Positions 55,201 to 61,928 of a stretch of DNA of 64,000 nucleotides are shown in pieces. The notes below the pieces were generated by a model, which saw only the letters and a program-made list of their open reading frames with translations, made no database searches and was not told the origin of the DNA. The DNA lies in assembly GCA_017454745.1 (NCBI GenBank), contig JAFTCL010000069.1, positions 17,826-81,825 on the forward strand, in the 5' to 3' direction. The position numbers were made by a program, and so were the translations under genes. Each line of letters begins with the position of its first letter. The first letter of the stretch is position 1. The DNA comes from Kiritimatiellia bacterium. Lineage in GTDB: Bacteria > Verrucomicrobiota > Kiritimatiellia > RFP12 > UBA1067.

Positions 55201-55997
55201 GACAGGCTGTCGCAGTTATTGAAGGCGTTGCCGCCGATGTTCGTGACGCTGTTGGGGATGACCACGTTTCCAAGGTTCCGGCAGTAGTTGAATGCACCTG
55301 ATCCGATCGACGTGACATGCGATGAGGCGGAAAGCCCCGGCGGCTCGGTGAACGAACATCCATAGAATGCGCTGTTCCCGATGATTTCGAGCGCATCGTC
55401 CTCGAACACGATGTCCTCAAGATTCGGATAGTTGTAGAAACAGTCGGTGCCAAGTTCCCTCACGCCGCTGATGCGGATGTGGCGCGGACGCTGGGCATAG
55501 CTGCTGTAGGAGTGGGCAAGGCGGGTGTTGCCGTTGCCGGATATGACGAGCGTCTGGAAGTTTTCAGATTGTGTCGGGAACATCCCGAGGTCGATGACAT
55601 CCGCCTGCGCGAGAATGACCGCATTCGTGATCCCAGAGCAGGAATGGAACACGTTGTCGGCGAGGTTCGTGACACTGGCGGGAATGAGGATGTCACCAAT
55701 CCCGTGGCAACTGTCGAACGCCCGACTCCCGATCTTACGGATCGTGTCGGGTATTTGGAAGGTCTTAATGTCTGGTTTACCTGAAAATGCGTTGTTGCCG
55801 ATCGCGGTAACGCTATACGTCACGTCATCTTTTTCGACTGATGACGGCAATATGAGCGATTCTGGGACCGTACCGGAAAGCCCCGTAACCGTGGCCTCCC
55901 GCATCGTCTCATCGTAATTGAAGTTAAAGACAAAATCATCACCGACCGCCAGTTTGGCAACAACCAAAACAAGCACGAACAACACATTTCTTTTCAT
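43263..55997 (-). CDS. Giant (4,244 aa) secreted multidomain surface protein
   Basis: Single uninterrupted ORF. I prefer ATG 55997 (GGGGAG RBS, signal peptide MKRNVLFVLVLVVAKLAVG). Domain order, with approximate coordinates:
- BspA-type LRR region, about 54230-55900 (SVTAIGNNAFSG..., VTNIGSYAFYDC).
- Beta-helix, about 53460-54200 (NSGNGAICGTYVYATNSVL...NCVIDDCGTAMDNN).
- CARDB-like modules at about 53270-53345 and 51600-51710.
- Four Calx-beta-like modules, about 51700-52990.
- Carboxypeptidase-regulatory-like module, about 50110-50300.
- Unassigned central region, about 47270-49760.
- Repeated SbsA/Big-like Ig modules, about 44830-46880 (VTFSKAIDPASFTPDDITV).
- FG-GAP-like region, about 44130-44780 (VDVNGDGLDDLVTGYADGSLDV).
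- C-terminal jelly-roll plus tail, 43263-44100. Confidence 0.85.
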   Translation of the reverse strand: MKRNVLFVLVLVVAKLAVGDDFVFNFNYDETMREATVTGLSGTVPESLILPSSVEKDDVTYSVTAIGNNAFSGKPDIKTFQIPDTIRKIGSRAFDSCHGIGDILIPASVTNLADNVFHSCSGITNAVILAQADVIDLGMFPTQSENFQTLVISGNGNTRLAHSYSSYAQRPRHIRISGVRELGTDCFYNYPNLEDIVFEDDALEIIGNSAFYGCSFTEPPGLSASSHVTSIGSGAFNYCRNLGNVVIPNSVTNIGGNAFNNCDSLSNVTITANVDSISGGIFSGQTNWVSLVIVGNGNTRVSGFTGKAIQNVAVSGVSELAKSAFENCKNLRTVDLADDGCLGNIGEWAFGSNTNLYSVAVPNTVTNIGSYAFYDCYAMTNAVIGTSVETIRYNAFQYCHSLERVEIPSSVTNVGSRVFDDCESIREVIWHGNDGTIDGSVFGGQTNWVSLVIVGNGNTRVSGFTGKAIQNVAVSGVSELARSAFENCKNLRTVDLADDGCLGNIGEWAFGSNTNLCSVIVPNTVTNIGNYAFYNCSSLKSVVFTSAEAPTVGGDAFRYLPSDAMFYICEGATGFDATTYPWNSFSVMTLMDDGSVGQSGAINESVTWSAGVPYQILAPLKVRGSSTVLTIEAGAEIRFAEGASLVVENSGSIVAAGTLENPVIFTSVAETKSAGDWEFIGGNSGRVTLRCATVEYGGGKSGTGSIYGYGARIDLDRVTVQNSGNGAICGTYVYATNSVLRASEMGVSSANWNGEIRLYNCVIDDCGTAMDNNSALAYNTIVSGCADAGSRGNFKYSLFDSDCRFTAANYGGGNIAGAPKFLADTFYRIAADSPAVDAGSGQYAPETDYFGSARMASTNVVAVGEPNGRGICPDIGIHEAEGRTEVNLPDLAVEEISLPATLTPGEAAAFTYVVTNRGDAAAFSPWVEQLWLTNGTGCVRLQSWRATEDISTNAASVRVFTVMIPDTIDLSGAVQAMVRLDTDGEVIQKDECPHEALSGSATLNGKLTLSLSDTIREGGSIRGEVKRSGGRDTALEVTLAVAGDAAAQITNMPQCVTIRAGNATAGFYVNVADNGAVDGDRAVAVTATADGFAAVQRALTIVDDEVPALTIDVIGVATNAFTEGTNLTIRVSRPAAVSDKSLTVYLSGVSTSQFTYPSSITLAAGEESAEFSFASVNDTSSELAAALRLRASASGFESAQYDFILEDDDIPSVAFTLSPEAVSEGAGLNAVYAVIERTDDDPEKLKKAITVYLTASEENAVILPGSVTIPANTMSVRFAIGVVDNEEMEDGGAREVTINAAIRIDSCGCSWPPADTGALSETLVITDNDGPALFVSVEPMTMREGLENAGILTVRANSTQVSEDVTVALMHDGPGEIALPETVTIPAGANSATATIRTLDDGEEDGSKIVSVYAFADGFAVGSSWVLVTDQNLPDFTVQNIQTGESGIIAGETVEVGFEVRNIGFQNRVSGVPYSIYWVKGDDTWRYTANDLVLSGVTDGGVATNGTLDVVAEVTAPETVGNGRIAVVIDPNGTITELDDANNSAWSDALTVSPSYVVEEVACDKPVYATGEKITVTGVAVKPNGTTRAANVEVEVYLISGNLRRMVTAVTDGNGEFAASYTPLTGEVGRFNIGASYPGLGAAAVQTTCDVAGFVLSGLASSRYVEDLTLGDVVTNASARIRNPCGIDLTGVTVEAIGMPESCGLEILGIPANGILASGDFIEFQCVFTAEKASIGKNYEKFSICLTSAEGAELAIPVYFYSQAKKAHLESAPASISATMTKGKRRTVSFNLTNLGYGEAVDVCVLSPDVEWLHVVGGAETASLTNSQSVTVTLELTPGNDIELNRNFSGRLAVNGRNKGEEEEQTFLTIPMTFMAVSEETGSITVDCVDDATYNLESAPHLEGAYVKITNPYTGEIVADGYSGPGGLFVADEIPEGTYQLVVTAAKHGNYAAAVEVNPGRMANVTAFLQYQAITANWTVTRTEIEDQYQVDLVLEFETSVPVPVVKFDFIDRIPLLQPGESYATKAVFTNLGLIRADDVSFDLPSFYGYVWIYPSGSFSLAAGAARAVPVVLHRLPYSIEGDYASYVADPGHSGETSSGMSHAAIADALGGDSASPSMSAFVAAVYGGAGMEVVQQISRAGSGTGASHAGPLQGGETDSNPCTDYAKYVYKYKCNGDRWVRGPRQLVYGDNCPHSAAPSSIRYLGTGSSEPSRNGVEQSVNIPPGMNGGDFWVFEDGCNGGVSNTLTPCLKDLAKTAVDLELMSVGKAVPGAGNVIDAFQKLGDFYEKMVNADSTISDQLNSTAELSESLANVLDDIGFESSDGYGNVLSGTKAARSIMNFYTTVTDSNSSNADKIKSGISTLKDVLDAFPDSVKNSKVASVVDSLNTIKEIDDAFDPVKKSCLPIMNGSGLPGSSLGLFGSGAASSSAASSPSRSVASRAVALLATEKTFAETVAMWSPELTQNLQIDTVAYVLDYLCAFAYFLNETFGDSDGWMNATYEELLRFLARFVLYMDEDYRFVQNDLEPLQPPAGVSDVELAVFLRRWNNMVDGIEDADDAYTEGFGAADCVRLDVLLACAKRSRAACDFAKNYTCDNIARMFTLVFIDWLNGALDSTESSSAVCAKVSLKLSQTYTMTREAFEGTLTLYNGHDTTAMTNVWLELEITNADGDTCNDLFEISAKSGGALEANGSNIVRVNDVAAKTEGTAIVQFVPAVAAAPEVPVAYNFGGKVHYRDPYSGEEATITLLPVTLEVNPMSQLYLDYFVQRDVYADNPFTKNIVEASMPAELAVLIRNEGYGDAKNVTIESAQPEIVENEKGLMIDFRLSDYTLDAAALNGATAGLGLNDVNLGTIEARSSTVAQWWLTSTLQGHFSGMRASVTHLNSQGIVDTSLIRSVDVHALIRSVDVGDALPAFLTADHSRYGNPDKLYRADGEVLDVRNDVTASVSGSIGGMTCSVTITTALPGSGPYYTKVKLPGAEDYEVIGVVDAAGAVLPVRNAWITDRTFVDGADPRIETHLHLFNVEANAGTKSYTVTLKAKPSDAPEVTGFEGVTADALVTNPVENLVVTFSKAIDPASFTPDDITVRYQGELTNGVAAISSEDETNTRYTLTFDPDFAELEGRFIVQVFSSGVTSLSGTLGKSSGRQIGWTYYIIEKPAVVSIKGWLEGTTVNSVSNVTVQFAAAIDPASFTADAIKVDGYMVSDSAVSITPLNKANTSFRILGLDAAVAAATSGATLLSANASASTHTIEIDTRTIRNASGVYGQAIFSSTVTIDSNAPTATLTDEGEQFGSHRWTLTFSKPILASSVTVAGFTLTRDGARIELPASAKVVQVSETQFTFSGIDALITQDGMYALTFDAATVKDASGNAGVGTTGDMTWEYRDLPPAVIADLAFTPDYGTNDTDGVTWQRDVTVTGTLGADVYAVTILARDAAGTEDVLMETFYPESGETSLEKAVTLPVGRGVLVVRCANVSGKTSDSEKEFFIDAIPLSFTFAGFPDGGKGKLTNDVQIVFSDPVRQVAAEWFSIRHGVREWIAFEPDALTITTDESNLVWTVAGLDALTASGGTYTVTLDISRVEKRSSGLAGEFDADTCGISWSYTPPDTTPPELLQIVFDGMEVYGETGALTVASNGASQVKFIFSEAVNLSALKAGGWLDRAIRLQLLDESGTVTGEVAAASSQFRWRGSENAIVWTRSERALPVGKLRLFLDAGLIADTAGNPLKGNSELDSFIRFSKPDPLFNADGEYAVPATVDGGLVVGVKKNGKGEAYHYDFAGTKDACVVDNVVASNCLGVSVAKVGGDLYYGTYDGKVYRNGVFLEGVNAGRERAVLSVWNGGLVIGGDDGRLLRLDGTALKNRSGADLVVDPVLPRRSAAAFSGDWIYEGQPLLVTGHGKGGLALYVGDEAGTWDDVKPFTLAGAANTNLYERSRPVAVDVNGDGLDDLVTGYADGSLDVRYAAVNKAFTYTFEALPFHTLEEALDTDEQAPNLIWTTSAEQPWLAQTGEACYGNDYAISSAAANQESTLAVRVVGPGTLRFHWKKVGTAGTYCVKTNGVEALTCSVETWSESALVLGSGFVQVAFIAANGASGYLDCVSWEEDASASDDEKALQAEKAVYDESFVAFMVRYGGIDPATATATDYLRAMSSPTGKLGMGGTPITLLDEFIAGTVPTDMNDRFYATITLEDGNVYIGWVPNLNEDGQIRRVYAIYGKREITDEWSAEPLTEEEINSGYYRFFLVMVEMP
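54398..55147. repeat. Near-identical tandem duplication inside the LRR region of the giant gene (two ~270-bp copies at an exact 480-bp offset)
   Basis: 54398-54667 matches 54878-55147. The core 54454-54665 vs 54934-55145 (212 bp) differs at a single position (54553). At the protein level: QTNWVSLVIVGNGNTRVSGFTGKAIQNVAVSGVSELA(K/R)SAFENCKNLRTVDLADDGCLGNIGEWAFGSNTNL, twice. Confidence 0.95.
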
Positions 55998-56030
55998 GCG
56001 GCACTCCCCTGAGGCTATTAAGAACAAAAA

Positions 56031-58175
56031 TCACATCTCCACCAGCGCAAAACCATCCGCCACCACATATCCCGAAGACTTTGCCGGAATAACGCGCAAT
56101 GTTGCGCCGGGAGCCAGGTCGAACTCGCCGAGTTTTACCCACTGGCCGGTATTTTGTGCCTGATCCGCCGTGAAAGCGACGGTCTTCCCATCCGAGACGA
56201 TCTCAAAAGCGGTCTTTGAACCTTGCTTTGCGCTCCAGCTGTACGGGACTCTCCCCATAATTGCATAACGGCCGCTCTTCCCAACGGGCAACGGGTAGAT
56301 CGCGGGTTCCGCCTTTTGCGACGGGAAGTGCGCAAAACCGCCGACCTGCTCCCCGTTGCAGTTTCGTCCGCGGCGCCACCCGGTACCGAACTTAACACCC
56401 TCGCTCTCGTCATCAACGATCACCCACCCTGCGGTCTTCTTTTCCGGCACCCCCGGGAATCCGCCGCCAAGGCGTTCCTGAAGCGTGCGAACATGGCCGT
56501 TCTTGAATATGCCCCGCGGGGTCTCGCCAAGTTCGCGGCACATCGCCACCGCCTCGCCTGCGGCGACGCCGAGTTGGGAAAGCGTGTTTATCACCCGCGG
56601 ACCGCCAAGTCCGACATGGGTGCAACTGAAGCATCGTCCAGCCATAAACAGATTGGGAACGTTGCGCGAATAGATGCTGCGGTATGGAATCCAGTAGCGC
56701 CCGTATTGCGGCCCTTGGCAAGTCGTGAGAAAATCAACGCCAGGTTTACAGTTGTCATAGTGAAGATCGATTCCCCACGAACCGGAGGCAATGGCATCCT
56801 CGAATTCCGTATTGCCCGTTACGTCCTTCTGGGAATATATCCAATCGCCCATGATACGGCGAGACTCCCGTTTACCAAGCAGATAAGGGCAGAAATCCAA
56901 CACCCGGTTGGCATTTTCAGGACGCTTTTTAGCAAGCGAAAAAGCCCCGTAAATCGCAAGAAACAGACGGTCACGGATCTCCTCCGCCTCGTCAATCATG
57001 TCGCGATGAATGCCGTATTCCCAATTCCACTCGCCGTTGACCGCCACCTGCCCCTGCGCATGGGGTTCAGCCCACGGCGCGGAAAACTCCACCGGCGTGT
57101 TGGCAACGGCGCAGGTCCACATGAGCGAAGCACCCAGAGTGTCGTTGTCCGACTTTTCCGGGGCGCGATCCTCGTCAAATTCCGATTTTGCCTCGCGCCC
57201 CATACGCCAATCGGCTCCGGCCCAAAAGCCGACCCAGCCGTCACCGGTGGCGTCACAAAAGAACGGTGCCTCAAAACGTATTACGCGGTTAGACTTGAGA
57301 TCAAGCGCCTTGACGGCGGCAATTGCGCCGTCCGGTTTCTTTTCGACCCCGAACGCGCGGGTCGAGACGCGGAGATCGATATTCTTCTCATCGGACACAA
57401 TGCGCATCCGCCGAGCATCATCCAGAACGAGATTCCCGTCGCGGTTCATGAAGCGCCCGCGCAGTTCCCGTACGATGTCGTAACGCGCCTCCCCTCCGCT
57501 CCACACACGGATTTCGGAGGAGGCATTGCCGCCCAGTACCGGACGGTCCTGTACAAGCGCAACCTTAAGTCCGCGCCTCGCCGCTGCAACCGCCGCGCAT
57601 GTTCCAGGGAGCCCGCCGCCCACCACGACGAAATCAGCCTTGATGGTCTCGGCGATATTCGCTTCGTCAACCTTGAGCGGTCCGTCTGGAGGGACGTTTT
57701 TACGTACCTCCGGATCGAACACGATTCCGGCGCAACGCCCGTCAAATCCGGTCAAGTCTTCAAGCGCGACGATTACCACATTCCCCGCGATTTTCACGAG
57801 CCCGCCATCCTCCCAAGACCAATCGCGGGAACCGGCTCCAAACTCCTTGGCGAGGGGTTTGCCATCGACAAGCACGCGGAAACGCCCCGGAGCACCGTCA
57901 GCCCAGTTCTTCGCACGAACCCAAACGCGGTACTCGCCGGATTTAGGGAACGCAACCCGCGCTTTCGCGTCAGTCACGCGCACACCCAGACCGTGCGCAA
58001 TCAGGTAGGGAGATCCGACCACATCCATAAACTGCGCGTCAAGTGCCCAGCCGCCCGCGTCGAAACTCTGCGGATATACCGGAACTCTCGTTTCGCGCTC
58101 CGCCGCTCTTGCGGTTGAAGAGCATAATGCAACCGTCAGTATGGCACAACCGACCATTACGCATATTTTCATCAA
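56031..58175 (-). CDS. Exported FAD-dependent oxidoreductase (FAD_oxidored family) flanked by CBM-like beta-sandwich modules
   Basis: Signal peptide. Rossmann motif DFVVVGGGLPGTCAAVAAARRGLKVALVQDRPVLGGNASSE. N- and C-terminal beta-rich modules (RVWVRAKNWADGAPGRFRVLVDG; GQWVKLGEFDLAPGATLRV). The stop lies 33 nt upstream of the giant gene start. Confidence 0.8.
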   Translation of the reverse strand: MMKICVMVGCAILTVALCSSTARAAERETRVPVYPQSFDAGGWALDAQFMDVVGSPYLIAHGLGVRVTDAKARVAFPKSGEYRVWVRAKNWADGAPGRFRVLVDGKPLAKEFGAGSRDWSWEDGGLVKIAGNVVIVALEDLTGFDGRCAGIVFDPEVRKNVPPDGPLKVDEANIAETIKADFVVVGGGLPGTCAAVAAARRGLKVALVQDRPVLGGNASSEIRVWSGGEARYDIVRELRGRFMNRDGNLVLDDARRMRIVSDEKNIDLRVSTRAFGVEKKPDGAIAAVKALDLKSNRVIRFEAPFFCDATGDGWVGFWAGADWRMGREAKSEFDEDRAPEKSDNDTLGASLMWTCAVANTPVEFSAPWAEPHAQGQVAVNGEWNWEYGIHRDMIDEAEEIRDRLFLAIYGAFSLAKKRPENANRVLDFCPYLLGKRESRRIMGDWIYSQKDVTGNTEFEDAIASGSWGIDLHYDNCKPGVDFLTTCQGPQYGRYWIPYRSIYSRNVPNLFMAGRCFSCTHVGLGGPRVINTLSQLGVAAGEAVAMCRELGETPRGIFKNGHVRTLQERLGGGFPGVPEKKTAGWVIVDDESEGVKFGTGWRRGRNCNGEQVGGFAHFPSQKAEPAIYPLPVGKSGRYAIMGRVPYSWSAKQGSKTAFEIVSDGKTVAFTADQAQNTGQWVKLGEFDLAPGATLRVIPAKSSGYVVADGFALVEM

Positions 58176-58236
58176 ACGATTCCTCGTTTCAACCTGTTCA
58201 CAAATAAAATTGCCGTTCGCTTAACGTTTACCGCGT

Positions 58237-60384
58237 TTAGCGAGAAGTGACGACCATGCCTTGCCGCGCCAACTGCTTGAGTTGGTCAATGTCCAAACGC
58301 CCGCCGTGCGTAGTATGCCGTTTGGCGCAGAAAGGAGTGTAAAGGTCAACGGTAGGAACGCCCATCATATCGGCGACGCGGATTACCACTTCGGCAAATT
58401 TTCGTGAATCCGCCGCGTGTTCGCAAGGATGCTCGCCGGAAACGCAACCGCAATCCAAAAGCACGTCCAACGGCGGCGGGACCACTAAAACAAGCGAAGG
58501 CGATTCAATCGGGAGCGAGGACATAAAACCGGCCATAGCCGCTACGCGCCGCTCGAAATGCGCCAAATCCGCCCAATCGTCGACCTTTGGCAACGGCGCG
58601 TAAAAAATTGGACGCCCCTGGGGAATTTTTTTTAATTGCAGGAATGGGCACAACCACGCAATGCCGGTCATCGTCGCCTCGCCGGGATTATCCGACAAAT
58701 CCACCAGTGATACCGATTGGGCAACATCCGGTATCTGCCCTAGCGCCATAAAAAGTCCCTCGTCGGCCAACACGGGAACTGCGTCGGATTCGACGATCTT
58801 GGCGTTTGATTTTTCCTTGGGCATCCCTTTGGAGGCTCGCGGCACCACCAGCGAGATAAAATCCTCCCCAGCCCTTAAAGTTTCGCCGGAAACCGTATCG
58901 GGCAGCACATCGTACGGCTCATGCATCAACCGCAGCCGGCCTTGGCTCAACTGTACCTGCGCATGGGTTACGGTCCATGCCAAAGAATCCACATCAAGCG
59001 CGGACAACTGTCCAAGATACACCCGCGCCCAACCGCGATCGGTCGTCACCATCTCGGTGATATTGGACATCGAACCGTCGCGGTAAAAAACCGAAGCGTT
59101 GATGTTGAACCGCAGACCGTCACGTGCGGTGGTGCGCATCCTGATCATCGGGCGAAACCGGTCGGCGTCAGAACAAATCGGCGGTACGTCAACAATGCGC
59201 GACGATATCCACTCTTCGGAAAATGCCGGTTTGTCGCAGGACAAATCGAATTCGTAAACCGACTTCTGTCCGCCCCCCAACAGCTCCGATGCCACTCTCT
59301 GCGGCATCCGGCTACCCAGCAGAACCGTATTGAAAGTTTCCCCGCTTCCCACCAGTTTTCCGTCTATAATCCAGCGGCAAACCGAATTGGTCCCCCAACT
59401 TGCCCCGGCGTTCTTCAACGTGCATGGTACAAACAGTTCATCGGTTCCCGCGAAACGGTACGGCCTCCCGTAATCCGCTTCGGCGAAAGCGTGCACCAAT
59501 GAATCTTTCCGCTCCAGCCGGTAGGCCCGGAAATCTCCGCCGGTTACCGTAACTACCTCGTTCGCCAAAGTTTCCGCGCCGGGATGTTTCCAAGCCACGC
59601 CGGTATCTATCTCCTGACGGCACACGGTCATCACCCGCAGACAATGCAGACCGGCCGTGAGCGTTATCTTCTTTCCCTCGGTCCACTGTTTGGTGTTCAT
59701 TCCGGCCGGATGGGACATCCGCTCTTTGCCGTCGAGAACCAACCACACCGGGGATATGCCGGCCAATCCAAAAACCAGTTCGCAATTTTCCGGCACCATC
59801 AGCCAGGTCTGCATCCGCACCCAGTGGTTTTTGCGAGTCCAGTCGCCGCGGAACCAATCTTTGAAAGTCAATCGAGCGCCATCGAAATTGGCCACCGCAA
59901 AGTTGCGCGGCGGCCGGTCGAAACGGCCCTCCAAACCGCGCAGCTGCGCCAAGGTTTCAGGGAAATCCATACCGCCGGTACGGGCAGCCAGACCGCTGAC
60001 CGGCAACGGGTCGGCCGCATCGCCGAATCCGACCTCCACAGGCTTCTCCCCCGGCAAAGGGTAGATCCGAACGTTCTGGGCGTTCTTTAACGGAGTGGCG
60101 TTTACCAGAACGGACAACTTTCCTTCAGCCTTCCACAATACCTTAAGCTGCACCTCCCCGTCTTTGTAGAAAGCCTTGAGTGCCGACACCGGCTTGCCAT
60201 CCGTGGTATCCGGAATCGACACCATGAAATAATTGTCCGTGTCCTTGGCCACCGAAAACCGCTCCACCGCCGCATCCACTGCCCATGCCGGGCGGGGACG
60301 CGGCTCAGCGGCCATTGCTGCGGCGGCAGTCAGTGAAAATGCCAACGTTACGCCAAGGGAAAAAACGTTGCCGTGCCCAATCAC
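58237..60384 (-). CDS. Exported hypothetical protein with a PA14-like module and a degenerate SGNH-like C-terminal region
   Basis: I prefer GTG 60384 (GGAGG 7 nt upstream, overlapping the upstream TAG by 1 nt) followed by a signal peptide (GNVFSLGVTLAFSLTAAAAMA). The block FDGARLTFKDWFRGDWTRKNHWVRMQTWLMVPENCELVFG is PA14-like. Function unknown. Confidence 0.65.
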   Translation of the reverse strand: MIGHGNVFSLGVTLAFSLTAAAAMAAEPRPRPAWAVDAAVERFSVAKDTDNYFMVSIPDTTDGKPVSALKAFYKDGEVQLKVLWKAEGKLSVLVNATPLKNAQNVRIYPLPGEKPVEVGFGDAADPLPVSGLAARTGGMDFPETLAQLRGLEGRFDRPPRNFAVANFDGARLTFKDWFRGDWTRKNHWVRMQTWLMVPENCELVFGLAGISPVWLVLDGKERMSHPAGMNTKQWTEGKKITLTAGLHCLRVMTVCRQEIDTGVAWKHPGAETLANEVVTVTGGDFRAYRLERKDSLVHAFAEADYGRPYRFAGTDELFVPCTLKNAGASWGTNSVCRWIIDGKLVGSGETFNTVLLGSRMPQRVASELLGGGQKSVYEFDLSCDKPAFSEEWISSRIVDVPPICSDADRFRPMIRMRTTARDGLRFNINASVFYRDGSMSNITEMVTTDRGWARVYLGQLSALDVDSLAWTVTHAQVQLSQGRLRLMHEPYDVLPDTVSGETLRAGEDFISLVVPRASKGMPKEKSNAKIVESDAVPVLADEGLFMALGQIPDVAQSVSLVDLSDNPGEATMTGIAWLCPFLQLKKIPQGRPIFYAPLPKVDDWADLAHFERRVAAMAGFMSSLPIESPSLVLVVPPPLDVLLDCGCVSGEHPCEHAADSRKFAEVVIRVADMMGVPTVDLYTPFCAKRHTTHGGRLDIDQLKQLARQGMVVTSR

Positions 60385-61889
60385 TATTCGGCCTCCAGTT
60401 TCAGGTCGGTTGACGGTAGGCAGGCACCATCGGTGTGGAACAGGCACTTGGGCTTAGGACCGGTAAAGTCAAGCTCAAGCTTTGATTTTGCCGCCTCGTG
60501 AGTGTACCAAACTCGGGCAGTGAACTTTCCGTTTTCAGTCCATGCCCCGCTGGCTGCGGTGTTCAGCGTTCCCAACAATCCGAACGCTCCGAGCGGATCG
60601 ACCGTGGCGTCGGTAAGCGAAGTCTCCCCTGTGCGCCATTTCTGATGGCCGACATTAAAGGCCACTTTACGCTTATCGCCCGACAGAACGATTTTCCAAC
60701 CCTCCTCGTCCGGTTCAAACCGCAACTCGTCAAATCCGCCGTTGTTGGGCTTCAATTTCCACGACCGGAGGTCTTTAACCACGCCTTCCCGTCCGCCGGC
60801 CACAGTGGCCAACCGGAGCGTCGCGCACTTCTCTCGCAATTTTGCCAACGCTTCGGGATTTTCCGGCAACGGAGCGTTCTTCATGGCCGGCAACAAATGC
60901 TCCCAAACCGTGTTGAACGCGCCTTGGAAATCGCCGAACAGCGCGGTGGCGCAAAACACCGCGTCCTGATCCGGCATCATAATCGTGAACTGCCCGCCCG
61001 CGCCATCGGCCCGGAAGCAGTTGTGCTGGCAGCGCCAAAATTGGAAACCGTAACCGCGATGCCAATCGTTGTTGTCGTAATCAGAAGCATTGCCGCAGTT
61101 GCGGGTGTGCTTGGAAGTTGCCAGCCGCACCCACTCGCGGGAAAGCACCTGCTTGCCGTTCCAAGCCCCTTCCTGAAGGTAGCACTGTCCAAAACGCGCC
61201 AAGTCTGTAGTCTTCATCGCCATCCCCCAGCCGCCGCACGGCACCCCGGACGGCGAATAGGTGGTTTCCACGCCGGTGATGCCCAACGGGTCGAAGAATT
61301 TTTCCTTCAGATATTCCATCATTTTGCGGCCGGTTTTCTTTTCGACAATCTCCGCCAACATATAGGTGGCGCAGGAGTCATAACGGAACATCGTGCCGGG
61401 ACGAACCGCAAAGTCGCTGGCCAGAAACGCCTTGACCCAATCGCCGGCGGGATCATTGCGGAAACTATCGCTTTTGGTTCCCGCGTTCATGGTCAGCAAA
61501 TCGCGGACGCGAAGCTGCTTGAGATTATCCGGAATCGTCGCGGGAAGTTTATCCGCAAAAATCTCCGCCACTTGTTCGTCAAGGTCAAGTTTACGTTCGT
61601 CAATCGCCAAACCGACCGCCGTGGCGGTGAAACTTTTGGAGTGCGAAAACAGCCGGTGCGGAGCGGTTTCGCGGTACGGATCCCACCAGCCGGAAGCGAC
61701 GATTTTTCCGTGTCGCACCAGCACAAAACTGTGCAGCACGTGAATGTCGCGCTCCGCCACGTTAATCCATTTCAGAATATCCTCCGAAGCGATTCCCTGC
61801 GATTCCGGCGTGGCGGTACCCAATTGCGCCCAAGCCCAATTCACACCGAGCAACGCCACCGCAAAACAATATCCAAACTTTAGTTTCAT
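60384..61889 (-). CDS. Exported beta-lactamase-fold serine hydrolase (class C / esterase-like) with a C-terminal beta-rich domain
   Basis: Signal peptide MKLKFGYCFAVALLGVNWAWA. S-x-x-K motif in RLFSHSKSFTATAVGLAI. About 500 aa. Confidence 0.8.
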   Translation of the reverse strand: MKLKFGYCFAVALLGVNWAWAQLGTATPESQGIASEDILKWINVAERDIHVLHSFVLVRHGKIVASGWWDPYRETAPHRLFSHSKSFTATAVGLAIDERKLDLDEQVAEIFADKLPATIPDNLKQLRVRDLLTMNAGTKSDSFRNDPAGDWVKAFLASDFAVRPGTMFRYDSCATYMLAEIVEKKTGRKMMEYLKEKFFDPLGITGVETTYSPSGVPCGGWGMAMKTTDLARFGQCYLQEGAWNGKQVLSREWVRLATSKHTRNCGNASDYDNNDWHRGYGFQFWRCQHNCFRADGAGGQFTIMMPDQDAVFCATALFGDFQGAFNTVWEHLLPAMKNAPLPENPEALAKLREKCATLRLATVAGGREGVVKDLRSWKLKPNNGGFDELRFEPDEEGWKIVLSGDKRKVAFNVGHQKWRTGETSLTDATVDPLGAFGLLGTLNTAASGAWTENGKFTARVWYTHEAAKSKLELDFTGPKPKCLFHTDGACLPSTDLKLEAE

Positions 61890-61928
61890 AATTTCCCCCT
61901 GCCCAAGAACCGCTTAACGGATGAAACA

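Noticed and set aside
56223-58118. 631-aa plus-strand ORF
   Set aside because: Antisense to the FAD oxidoreductase gene, which has a clear Rossmann motif and signal peptide.
60385-60447. 21-codon 5' extension of the PA14-like ORF
   Set aside because: It overlaps the upstream gene. GTG 60384, with GGAGG 7 nt upstream, gives a normal signal peptide.
60498-61883. 461-aa plus-strand ORF
   Set aside because: Antisense to the beta-lactamase-fold hydrolase gene (SxxK motif, signal peptide).
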